From: Treponemataceae bacterium
Lineage (GTDB): Bacteria; Spirochaetota; Spirochaetia; Treponematales; Rectinemataceae
Direction of reading: 5' to 3'
DNA: 64,000 bases
Assembly: GCA_963667725.2 (NCBI GenBank)
Contig: CAXXHO010000005.1
Location: 768,001 to 832,000 of the forward strand
In this document: in pieces, positions 8,885 through 17,777 of the stretch
Numbering within the stretch: position 1 is the first letter of the stretch
Layout of the letters: the number at the start of each line of letters is the position of its first letter
Translations under genes and position numbers: made by a program
The notes under the pieces: generated by a model
The model's database searches: none
Told to the model about the DNA's origin: nothing
The model's input: the letters and a program-made list of their open reading frames with translations, nothing else

Positions 8885-10003
8885 TCAGCGCTGGTCCCGG
8901 ATTCTGTCGTAGAGCGCGCCATAGCGTTCCACCATCAGCGCGGCCGAATATTCCCTCTGCCATGCCAGGCGCGCCTCCTTGCCCGCTTCTTCCCTGAATC
9001 TATGGTTGGAGGCGAGATCGGCGATGGCGTCGGCGAAGGCGATCACCTCATTCCTAACGATATAGCCGTAGGGAGTCTTGACGGTCCTTTCGGGCAAGGC
9101 GCGCTCGGGGTCTATGGCCGTAAGGCCTAACAGCTCCGGTATTCCGCCGACGCCTGAAGCCACGACAGGAAGGCCAGCCGAAAACGCCTCGAGCAAGGAC
9201 ACGGGCATTCCCTCGTGTTCGGAGGCGAGGAGGAATATGTCGGCCAGTCCCAGGTAAGCCGTGGCATTGGGCAGGGCGCCCATCGCGTTGAAGTTGGGGG
9301 GATCCTGCGGCGTCGGAAGGCCGCCGATCCAGAATATTTCCACATATCCTTCCAGCATCCTCGCCGCGACCCGCAGGATGTCGACGCGTTTGGGCGGCGC
9401 GTCGCGCGCGACGGCCAGGGCGATCGTCATTCCTTTGGAACGGGCGGCCCTCATGGCCTTGGCTGCCGGGTTGCCGAGCTTCAGGCTCCCCGAGGACTCC
9501 CCGACGCCGTTGGGTATATAGAGCGCCTCGTAGCCGTCCCGGTTCATAGCGTCGCGGTCGCGCCTCGATACGGCCACGACAGCCCCGCAGCGCTTTCTCA
9601 GGGCCTTGTCGATATGGAGAAGTTTTCGGTTCGCCGTTTTCAGCTGATCGTAGCCATGCATCGTGTAGACAATTCTTCGCCGGTCGATTCCGCCCGCGAG
9701 CCGCCCGAGGGCTGCCGCCTTGGAGGTATGGAGATGAAGGATGTCGGGCTTCCAGGAAGCGCAGAGGCGGGATATTTCGCCCAGGGCACGCAGGTCGCGA
9801 GCGGGGGAAATGGATCGCCTGAGGTTCGGCAGGAGAATGCGTTCAATCGCGGGATCGAGGTTGGCCCATGCTTCCCCGTTTCCTTCGGGGCCGTAGGCGA
9901 GGGCCACCTCGTGCCCCGCCGAGCTGGCGCCCCCGGCGAGGATCGAGGCGATGGTCTGCCCGCCTCCGGGCTCCGATCGGGTTATGAGGTGCAGTATTCT
10001 CAT
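8885..10003 (-). CDS. Glycosyltransferase family 4
   Basis: MRILHLITRSEPGGGQ, HLHTSKA, EGMPVSLLEAFSAGLPVVASGVGG (EX7E). Confidence 0.93.
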   Translation of the reverse strand: MRILHLITRSEPGGGQTIASILAGGASSAGHEVALAYGPEGNGEAWANLDPAIERILLPNLRRSISPARDLRALGEISRLCASWKPDILHLHTSKAAALGRLAGGIDRRRIVYTMHGYDQLKTANRKLLHIDKALRKRCGAVVAVSRRDRDAMNRDGYEALYIPNGVGESSGSLKLGNPAAKAMRAARSKGMTIALAVARDAPPKRVDILRVAARMLEGYVEIFWIGGLPTPQDPPNFNAMGALPNATAYLGLADIFLLASEHEGMPVSLLEAFSAGLPVVASGVGGIPELLGLTAIDPERALPERTVKTPYGYIVRNEVIAFADAIADLASNHRFREEAGKEARLAWQREYSAALMVERYGALYDRIRDQR

Positions 10004-12663
10004 TTTTGGGATTCCCTAAGGCGGCCGTAAAGCTCAGCGTAGACGGCGACGGTAGCCTCGATGGAATATCCGGCCGCGCGCGCCTTCCCCGCCTCGACGG
10101 TTGTCTTTCTGGCATCGGGCTCCTCGAGTTCCAGGATTCGCCGAGCCGCCGCCGTCCACTCGCCCGCCGGAAAAAGAAGCCCCGCCCCCGCCACCAGCGG
10201 CCCCAGCCCCGGGACGTCGGCGGCGGCCACGGGCAGCCCCGCGGCCATGGCCTCGAGCGCCGCTATGCCGAAACCTTCCTTGCGCGAGGTCTGCAGGTAC
10301 ATCTCGCAGGCGGCGAGAATTTCAGGCACGTCGTTCCTGGATCCCGTGAAGAGGCAGCGCTCCGCCACGCCCAGGGTCTTCGCGAGCCTCTCCATGCCGG
10401 GCTTTTCGCCGCCGTCGCCCACGAGGACGAGGGCGTGATCTTCGGGCAGGCTCGCGAGGGCGCGGATCGCCGTCTCGTGATCCTTAGTCGGCACGAAGCG
10501 CGCGACCATGACGATGCCGCGTCGGCCAGCCAGCCAGGCGGCCACGTCGGCGGCGGGAGCGCGCGCCGAGGCGAAGCGATCGAGGGGCACGCCGTTCGGC
10601 GCCACGGAAATCCCGCTTCCGCCCAGGCCGAGCCAGTCGCCAAGCGCCTGGGCCACCGAGGGGCTGACGCAGACAATGCTGTCGTAGCGGCCGTAACACC
10701 ATTTTTCGAAACCGCGCAGGAGCGGCATGGCCATGCGCCTGTTTTCGCTCGCGTGTTCCGTGGTGACGAAACGGCGCCCGCGAGCGAAAACGCTCGCGAC
10801 GGCGCACCAGTGAAAGCTCGGTCCGAGATGGGAATGGACGATATCGGGATCGAAATCGCGAATTTTCTTCATGATACTGAACACTCTCAAGGGGGAAAAT
10901 GCCGGTTTCGCGCGCTTTCCGGCCTTCAGCACCGCAAAGTCCACCCTCACCCCGCCCGCCTCGAGTTCCCGGGCGAAGACGCAGGCCCTTCCATCCAGGG
11001 CCAGAACATGGCATTCGATGCCGCGCTCCTGGAGCCGGGGTAGGAGTTCGGTCAGAAGCTTTTCGGCGCCGCCGGCAGCCAGGGAGTTGATGACGTGGAG
11101 GACCCTGAGGGGCTCGCCGGCCCTGCCGGGCCTCCCGCTCGCTTCGCCGGGCGCCCCGTCGACAGCCCTGCCAGCCCGGCCATCCCCTCCGGACCCGCCG
11201 CGTCCCCGCCTCCCCAGCCTCGCTTTCAGGAAATCCAGAAGACGAAGCGTGGCGCTGTCTTTCAAGGCAAGGAGAAAAGCGGCATAGGCCAGGACGGCCA
11301 GGGCGATGGAAACGGCAAGCCTCGCCAGACCCGGCCGCATGAAAAGGCGGGGAAGCGAGGCGAATCCCGCGCTTCCGATGGCCCCGGCCAGATACCGCAG
11401 CGCGGCCCGCAGGTCCACCAGCGCTCTGAGATGCCTTCCTCCGCAGAGGAAGGCATGGACCAGGAGGACGGTGACCTCCCCGGCGAGCATCCCGATGGCA
11501 GCCCCCGTATGGCCGTAGGGGCCGACGAGGAAAGCGAGGACGATGGCCGTGACGGCGAGACCGGCGCCGAAGGAGAAGAGCATCGCCTTTTCCCTTCGCT
11601 TCGGGACGAGAATCTGCATCTGCAGGAAATTGGAGACGGTCACCACAGGAATCATGAAGGCCGCTATCCTCAACGAATCGGCCACGCCCAGGAACCTGGA
11701 GCCGGCGAAGACATAGCCCAGGTCGGCGGCCACGGCCCAGATCCCGAAGCCCGCGGGAAGGGAAAACATGAGGCTGTACGAGGAAGAGTGGCCGATGAGC
11801 CTCCCGAATTCCTCGGGATCGCTGTCGACGAGGGAGGATAGCCTCGGCATGAGGACGGCGCTCAGCGTCGTGGCGAGGGCTATCACCATCCTCACGAGGC
11901 GGATCGATATGGAATATAAGCCGGCGTCCCGGCCGCTCGAAAAAAGTCCGAGAAAGATGAGATCGAGATTCGTGTAGGCGACGATGGCGAACTGGAAGAG
12001 CGAGAATACCGCCATGGAGGCGAAATGCCGCGAAGGATGAGCCCCGGCGAAGAGGGGCGAGGCGATCCTCCGGGCGGCCCTCAGGTTTATGAAGGCGTTC
12101 GTCACCGAGGCCAGGGAAAAAAGGAGGGCGTAGACGATATAGTCTTCCTGCCGCCTGACGAAAAGGAAAAGCGAGACGACAAAGACGATTTTTATCGCCA
12201 GATTCCTCAATCCTATGAACCTGAAGCGCTCCACCCCCTGGAAGAACCACTCGATGTTCAGGGCGGCCGAGGGAATCGTCATGCCGAAGACCAGAAAGAG
12301 AAGCAGTTCGGACCTGTAAGCCGGGACAAGAAGGACGATGAGGACATAGAACAATGAGGAAAAAATCGCCGCGTACAAGCCGAGCAGGATGAGTTCGCCG
12401 GAAGTCCGCCTAAGGCCGAGCGGATCCGCTTTTGTCCTGGCGATGGCTCTCACGCCATAGACGGGCAGTCCCAGCAGCGCCGCCACGATGAAGTAGTTGC
12501 TGAGCGCGCCCGCTATGCCGAGCTGTCCCAGCTTTTCGGGACCCAGCACCCTCGCGATATAGGGATAGGTGAGGATGGGCACGAATACGTTGAGAAACCC
12601 CGACAGGCTGGCGAAGAGGAAGTTGCCGGGAACCGAGGGCGCGGCCGCCGTCCCTTCCCTCAT
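10000..12663 (-). CDS. Wzx-type oligosaccharide flippase fused to a family 4 glycosyltransferase
   Basis: N-terminal ~480 aa: PILTYPYIARVLGPE...WFFQGVERF...VLMPRLS multi-TM flippase. G/R-rich linker, then LRVLHVINSLAAGGAEK...EGFGIAALEAMAAGLP GT4. Confidence 0.88.
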   Translation of the reverse strand: MREGTAAAPSVPGNFLFASLSGFLNVFVPILTYPYIARVLGPEKLGQLGIAGALSNYFIVAALLGLPVYGVRAIARTKADPLGLRRTSGELILLGLYAAIFSSLFYVLIVLLVPAYRSELLLFLVFGMTIPSAALNIEWFFQGVERFRFIGLRNLAIKIVFVVSLFLFVRRQEDYIVYALLFSLASVTNAFINLRAARRIASPLFAGAHPSRHFASMAVFSLFQFAIVAYTNLDLIFLGLFSSGRDAGLYSISIRLVRMVIALATTLSAVLMPRLSSLVDSDPEEFGRLIGHSSSYSLMFSLPAGFGIWAVAADLGYVFAGSRFLGVADSLRIAAFMIPVVTVSNFLQMQILVPKRREKAMLFSFGAGLAVTAIVLAFLVGPYGHTGAAIGMLAGEVTVLLVHAFLCGGRHLRALVDLRAALRYLAGAIGSAGFASLPRLFMRPGLARLAVSIALAVLAYAAFLLALKDSATLRLLDFLKARLGRRGRGGSGGDGRAGRAVDGAPGEASGRPGRAGEPLRVLHVINSLAAGGAEKLLTELLPRLQERGIECHVLALDGRACVFARELEAGGVRVDFAVLKAGKRAKPAFSPLRVFSIMKKIRDFDPDIVHSHLGPSFHWCAVASVFARGRRFVTTEHASENRRMAMPLLRGFEKWCYGRYDSIVCVSPSVAQALGDWLGLGGSGISVAPNGVPLDRFASARAPAADVAAWLAGRRGIVMVARFVPTKDHETAIRALASLPEDHALVLVGDGGEKPGMERLAKTLGVAERCLFTGSRNDVPEILAACEMYLQTSRKEGFGIAALEAMAAGLPVAAADVPGLGPLVAGAGLLFPAGEWTAAARRILELEEPDARKTTVEAGKARAAGYSIEATVAVYAELYGRLRESQK

Positions 12664-13508
12664 GACTGGCTCTCGGAGAGCGCGGCCGCGCGGCCGGCGA
12701 TCCAGCCCTGCACCGCCCTCACCCTTTTTTCAACCGCCGAATACACGTCCACGAAAGCGTACACGGCCTTGGAAGGGTTCCCCAGGCATATGCCGTTCAC
12801 CAAAAGGCCTTCCTTCACGGGCAGAAGGAGAAAGCGCATCTCGAGCTCCCTCTTTCCGAAGGCGCTGAAAAGGGCTATGCCCAGGGGTTTTTCGTTGGTG
12901 AGCGACACGAGGAGGGCCTCGTTCCTGCGTTCCATAAGGAGCGAATACCAGGTGGAACCGAAGTTCACGTCCTTGATATGGATGGTCATCGTCATGGAAT
13001 AAGGCATGGCGGCGAATGACAGGTCGGGCAGCTTCGTCCTCGAGCCCGGCGCGTAGACCCTGTAGACATCGTCGAAAAGCACGGTGATCTTCTTGCGCGT
13101 CTCGGAATAGTAGGTGATGCCCGACATCGTCCCTATCTTCGACAGTTCATTGACGAGGGCGAGAAGTCCCTCTTCGCTCAATTTCTTTATAGGCACGAGA
13201 AAGAGGCTACCGATGAGAAGTTCGGGATCCGCCCTGGTCGCGTAATCCTCCAGCTTCCTGGCTTCTGGCGCGTTCACGAGAAAGCGGAAATTTTTATCGC
13301 TCTTCGCGTCCACGACAATGCCTCCCCCCTTCAACACCGCGTCCAGTTCGCTCTGGCTCAGGCCCGGGAGGAAGGCTTTTGTCGGGGAGGCCACGGCGTC
13401 GAGGGCGGCGCCCTTAAGATCCGAAGCGAAGACGGATTCCGCGCCGCAGAGCAGTACGAAGGCGAGCAGCGGCGCCCATGGCCGGGAGAGGAAGGTTTTA
13501 ATACGCAC
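12660..13508 (-). CDS. Exported protein resembling spirochaetal DUF6675 family
   Basis: Signal peptide; LSKIGTMSGITYYSETRKK...LF and DVNFG motifs recalled from DUF6675-type proteins; overlaps both neighbours. Confidence 0.55.
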   Translation of the reverse strand: MRIKTFLSRPWAPLLAFVLLCGAESVFASDLKGAALDAVASPTKAFLPGLSQSELDAVLKGGGIVVDAKSDKNFRFLVNAPEARKLEDYATRADPELLIGSLFLVPIKKLSEEGLLALVNELSKIGTMSGITYYSETRKKITVLFDDVYRVYAPGSRTKLPDLSFAAMPYSMTMTIHIKDVNFGSTWYSLLMERRNEALLVSLTNEKPLGIALFSAFGKRELEMRFLLLPVKEGLLVNGICLGNPSKAVYAFVDVYSAVEKRVRAVQGWIAGRAAALSESQS

Positions 13509-14937
13509 CCTTGCCCTCGAATACCACGGCCACCGTCCTGAAAATGATGTAGAGATCGAGCCAGAAGGACCAGCTCTGGATGTAGGAGCTGTCCAGGGAC
13601 ACCCTTTCGACGTAATCGGTTTCCGAACGGCCCGATATCTGCCAGAGTCCGGATACCCCCGGCTTCACGCTGGAGAAGAGTTCGTAGTCGTCGCCGTACT
13701 TTTCCACCTCCGCCTCGATGATGGGGCGAGGCCCCACGAGGCTCATGTCTCCCTTGATTACGTTCCACAGCTGGGGAAGCTCGTCGAGGCTCGTCTTCCT
13801 GAGGATGCGTCCCACCCTCGTCACCCGCGGGTCCTTCCGCAGCTTGAAGCTCGCCTCCCACTCCTCCCTGGCTTCCGGGTCATTCTCGAGGATATCGGCG
13901 AGGAGCTTGTCGGCGTTTTGGTGCATGGTCCTGAACTTGAGGATGCGCATGGGCCTGCCGTAGCGTCCGAGGCGTTTGTGGGCATAGAAGACGGGGCCTT
14001 TCGAATCGAGGGCGACGAAAAGAGCGATAAGGGCGAAGACGGGCAGGAGGAGGAGCCCGCCCGTCATCGCGAGAATCAAATCCGTCACTCTTTTCAGAAG
14101 GAGGTTGCTGGGCTTGAGGAGGTTCTGGTCGCTGTGTATTCCCAGTATTCCGCCCACATCCCGCACCGACATCCACAGATTCGCGACGCCGAAAAAATCG
14201 GGGATGATGGTGATATTCCTGAACTGTTTGGCGTGCTTCGCGAGAATACCGGCGAGTTTCTCCCTCTCCACGCCGGGCATCGCCACGATGGCCGTATCGA
14301 CGTCCATGGCTTCGCGGATCATTTCGGCATTGTCCGATCCGTGATAGAGGGGAAGGCTTCGGTAATTCGGCCCGAGAGAGGGGTCGTCATCGAGGATGGC
14401 CATGGGTTTGAGACCGATGGAGGGTCTGTCCAGGAGTCTGTCGGCTATCATCCTGCCGGTTCTGCCGCCGCCTATGATGACGACGGGGATGCCCCAGAAG
14501 GGCGTGTTGACGAAAAAGCGCCGAATGAGCCCCCTGACCGTCATGAAGGCAGGCAGGCTCGCGAAAAAGGAGAGGGCGAAGGCGATGGATATGGCCGGGT
14601 TGATCTTGCGCTGGATATTCAGGGCGATGAGGATTCCGGCATGGCCAAAGAATGAGGCTATGGCGAATCTCCTCAGCTCGTCGGCATGGGCGTAATTGAC
14701 GCCCGGATACAGCTTCAGGATATGGAGGACCAAAAGGAAAAAAGGCAGGTATGGCCAATAGAGGACGAAGGACTTGAAATCGATGGCGGTCATGTTCACG
14801 GCATTGACGATGAAAAATCCCACGCCGAAGCTCGCCAGCACGGCGGCCAGGTCTCCGGCCGCGAAATGCAGGGACATCAGGAGCCGATGGGAATTGTAGC
14901 CATACCTCGGTGGTGTCTGCGCGATATCAAAGGTCAT
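13498..14937 (-). CDS. wbaP: Undecaprenyl-phosphate sugar-1-phosphate transferase (WbaP/WcaJ type)
   Basis: 4 N-terminal TM, Rossmann-like IIGGGRTG, KFRTM, DPRVTRVGRILRKTSLDELPQLWNVIKGDMSLVGPRP. Confidence 0.92.
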   Translation of the reverse strand: MTFDIAQTPPRYGYNSHRLLMSLHFAAGDLAAVLASFGVGFFIVNAVNMTAIDFKSFVLYWPYLPFFLLVLHILKLYPGVNYAHADELRRFAIASFFGHAGILIALNIQRKINPAISIAFALSFFASLPAFMTVRGLIRRFFVNTPFWGIPVVIIGGGRTGRMIADRLLDRPSIGLKPMAILDDDPSLGPNYRSLPLYHGSDNAEMIREAMDVDTAIVAMPGVEREKLAGILAKHAKQFRNITIIPDFFGVANLWMSVRDVGGILGIHSDQNLLKPSNLLLKRVTDLILAMTGGLLLLPVFALIALFVALDSKGPVFYAHKRLGRYGRPMRILKFRTMHQNADKLLADILENDPEAREEWEASFKLRKDPRVTRVGRILRKTSLDELPQLWNVIKGDMSLVGPRPIIEAEVEKYGDDYELFSSVKPGVSGLWQISGRSETDYVERVSLDSSYIQSWSFWLDLYIIFRTVAVVFEGKGAY

Positions 14938-15152
14938 GTAACACCCTTGCGGAAATATTTTGTTCTCTTCCAGAGAAACGCGGTCTCGTCCGAAACCGTT
15001 TCGAAATGAGGATACCGCAGTATTCAGGCTAAGGTTGCCGACTCTGGCTTTTTTTCAAAAAATATTTGCGGACCTAATTTCCTTACTGTATAGTTAATCA
15101 ATAAGGGCGGCTTTGCCGTCAGCCCATATCTTCGCACCGACAGGAGTCTACG

Positions 15153-15581
15153 ATGAAGGTGAAAAAGTTGATCCTTGTTTCGCTCTGCGCCGCGCTGCTG
15201 ATGGCCGGCTGCGATCTTTTCACGAGTTTCTCGATCGACGAGGCGCTCGGGGAATGGGATTTCGTGGACAGAAGCATTGGAGGAAAGGCGGCCACTGGCG
15301 TCCACATGAGCGTTATGGCCGATGGGACAATGGCCGACGTGCGCTGGGATACGAGCGAAAACGGCTATCTGTTCGCCTGCGACGGCACCCTGGACGGAAA
15401 AAACTTCACCGGCACCTATACCGGATGGGACAGCATGCTTCTAGGCGATAACGAGATAGTGACCGATGCCGCGATATCGATCAGCTATTCGCTGAGCGGG
15501 GGCAAGCTTTCCGCCTCATTTTCGGGCTCGGGCCCTCTGAACGGTCTGGTTTTGACCGGGGGAGTTCTTTCACCTCCATGA
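15153..15581 (+). CDS. Hypothetical lipoprotein
   Basis: SD AGGAG, MKVKK, lipobox LMAG-C, beta-rich mature part. Confidence 0.7.
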   Translation: MKVKKLILVSLCAALLMAGCDLFTSFSIDEALGEWDFVDRSIGGKAATGVHMSVMADGTMADVRWDTSENGYLFACDGTLDGKNFTGTYTGWDSMLLGDNEIVTDAAISISYSLSGGKLSASFSGSGPLNGLVLTGGVLSPP

Positions 15582-15619
15582 AAGCTTCTATATAATGGTT
15601 CTCAGCTCAGGAGGCTTCC

Positions 15620-16351
15620 ATGTTCGCGCTCAACATCACGTCCAAACGTTATGCGGAATTATCCGGCACAATCGACACCGTCATCATACCCACGGGCAGT
15701 TTCGAGGCCCACGGGATGCACTGCCCCCTCGGTACCGACATTCTGATACCGGAACGCATGTGCCGCGACCTCGAAGCGGCATCGGGCGGAGAATTCTTCA
15801 TCGCGCCCACGGTCAACTACGGCTATACGCCGACCCTCGCCGGTTTTCCCGGCACGGTCACCATTCCCGCCGAGACGCTCATTTCGCTCTATTCGGAAAT
15901 CGGCTCCTGTTTCGTGCGTTGGGGAGCCAAGAATATCGTCTTCATGAACGGGCACGGCGGCAATATCCCAGCCCTCACCCTCGCCTGCGACAAGATCGCC
16001 AAGGCGGGCGGGACGGCCATGGCCATCAGCTGGTGGGCCACGTATTCGGCCGATATCCTGAAGATATGCGATACCCAGGGTCACGCCGGCGAGGACGAGA
16101 CCTCGGCGGTCCTGGCGATCGACGCTTCCCTCGTGGACGACGAGGCCAGAAGCGTTCATATGCGGAAGGTTTTCTGCACGCCCCTTTCCGGTCCCACGCA
16201 GACCGAGGCGCGTTACCCGAATGCCATGAGCGGCGATTCGACGATGGCCACGCGCGAAAAGGGCGAAAAGCTCTATGCCATGATGCTCGGGAAAAACCTG
16301 GACTTCATCGCGAGGCTCCGCGAGGGTAACTTCACCGATCCGATACTCTGA
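15620..16351 (+). CDS. Creatininase-family amidohydrolase
   Basis: GSFEAHGMHCPLGTD, NGHGGN, GHAGEDETS; SD AGGAGG. Confidence 0.92.
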   Translation: MFALNITSKRYAELSGTIDTVIIPTGSFEAHGMHCPLGTDILIPERMCRDLEAASGGEFFIAPTVNYGYTPTLAGFPGTVTIPAETLISLYSEIGSCFVRWGAKNIVFMNGHGGNIPALTLACDKIAKAGGTAMAISWWATYSADILKICDTQGHAGEDETSAVLAIDASLVDDEARSVHMRKVFCTPLSGPTQTEARYPNAMSGDSTMATREKGEKLYAMMLGKNLDFIARLREGNFTDPIL

Positions 16352-16560
16352 GCGGCTCCGAATTTTGACAGGACTTACATGAGGGGGAATGATTTACGGG
16401 AGAAGATTTTAGGTAGAGAAAGAAACCGTATTTCTTTGTGCGCTTTATTTATTCTCTTTTTTTCTTTTTTTTCTTCTTTTCTTCTTCTCTTTCTTTACCC
16501 AAAATTCTTTCCTGTAGATCCTTATATATCCTGTAGATCCTGTAAAATTCTTCTCTCGGC
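16352..16560. repeat. AT-rich hairpin repeat element, copy 1
   Basis: Starts GCGGCTCCGAATTTTGACAGGA and ends TCCTGTAGATCCTGTAAAATT (terminal inverted repeats); related copy at 17610-17770. Confidence 0.7.
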
Positions 16561-17595
16561 TCAGCCCACGGCCTGAGAGAATACGCGCGCGAAGTTTTTC
16601 CACGCCACTTTCTCCACATCGTCCTGCGACAGGCCTGAAGCCAGGAGGGCGTCGACGATAGCCTGGGCATGGGAAGCGTCTTCTAGTCCATCGACGAGAG
16701 GATATTCCTCCCGCGTGTAGAGGTATTCGCAGAAATGGAGGCCAAGGCCGACGTGGTCTATGCCGGCCGCGCCGATCATGTGCAGGAGGTGCTGGATATA
16801 GCGCTCCAGGCTGTGGCAGGCGCGATCGCTCATCGGGGCGAGGGCGGCCGGGCTCGTCATGCAGCCAACAAGGCCGCCTTTGTTTGCGATGGCGCTCATC
16901 TCCTCGTCGGAGAGGTTGCGGCCGTTGTCGTAGACCGCTTTGGCCGAGGTGTGAGAGAGCATGACGGGCTTCGAGGACGCGGCGAGAATGTCGCGTCGCG
17001 TCGCCCTGCCCGCGTGGGAGGCGTCTATCAGTATGCCGAGTTCGTTCATGAGGGCGACTGCTTCCCTTCCCTTCTCCGTCAAGCCGAGGGCCTGATCGAG
17101 GGGCAGCCCCCCGCGGAGACCGAGAGCGCCGCCGCCGAAGGGGTTGTCGTCATTGTGCGTGATGATGGCGAGCCTCAAGCCCGCTTCCTCGTAGAGTCGC
17201 GCTATCCAGCCGAGGTCGCCACCCGTGGCGCTCAGGCCCTCGTAGCCGACGATCGCGGCGAAAGCCCCGCTCGAGAGGGCTCGCCCTATGTCGGCGGCTG
17301 TCTTTACCTGGAGCAGGTTCTTCCCGGCGGCCCGCAGTTCTTCGTTGACATAGGTGATGAAATGCTCAAGATGGGCCGGTTCGGCGCTTTCGCCCGCCAT
17401 CCTGCAGTCGGTGAGGACGGCGCCGAATATTCCGCCCGATCGGATGCGGGCGAGATGCCGCGTCTCCAGCTCATTAATATCGCACAACGTCTCGCTTAAG
17501 TATGACGCGTTGTGCGATTTTATAGCATTGCGCGCTTCATGTCGCCTGACGAGATCCATGAATACGTCGGCGTGCAAATCGAATATCGGCACCAT
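16561..17595 (-). CDS. Membrane dipeptidase family (peptidase M19) amidohydrolase, variant active site
   Basis: DLHAD, YEG, THNDDN, GLTEKGREAVALMNELGILIDASH, SHT, RNLSDE, HVGLGLHF. Confidence 0.88.
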   Translation of the reverse strand: MVPIFDLHADVFMDLVRRHEARNAIKSHNASYLSETLCDINELETRHLARIRSGGIFGAVLTDCRMAGESAEPAHLEHFITYVNEELRAAGKNLLQVKTAADIGRALSSGAFAAIVGYEGLSATGGDLGWIARLYEEAGLRLAIITHNDDNPFGGGALGLRGGLPLDQALGLTEKGREAVALMNELGILIDASHAGRATRRDILAASSKPVMLSHTSAKAVYDNGRNLSDEEMSAIANKGGLVGCMTSPAALAPMSDRACHSLERYIQHLLHMIGAAGIDHVGLGLHFCEYLYTREEYPLVDGLEDASHAQAIVDALLASGLSQDDVEKVAWKNFARVFSQAVG

Positions 17596-17609
17596 TCATC
17601 GCCTCCGTT

Positions 17610-17770
17610 GCGGCTCCGAAGCTTGACAGGATAACAGGACTGAGGATGATCTACAAAAGACTAGGTTAAAGAAGGAAAGAAAGAAACATATTTCGATACT
17701 GCTCTTTCTTTAGCAAAATCTTTCTCCTGCAGATCATCCTAAGTCATGTGATCATGTCTGATTCTTCCGC
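17610..17770. repeat. AT-rich hairpin repeat element, copy 2
   Basis: Starts GCGGCTCCGAAGCTTGACAGGATAACAGGA and ends AAAATCTTTCTCCTGCAGATCATCCT...CATGTCTGATTCTT; same orientation as copy 1. Confidence 0.65.
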
Positions 17771-17777
17771 CAGGTGC

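Noticed and set aside
14991..15003. Palindrome CGAAACCGTTTCG upstream of wbaP (operator or c-di-GMP riboswitch part)
   Set aside because: Single short site with odd symmetry; the GCAAA motifs and second stem of the riboswitch are absent.
16379..16670. Small ORFs 16379-16576 and 16449-16670
   Set aside because: Low-complexity translations of the AT-rich repeat element.
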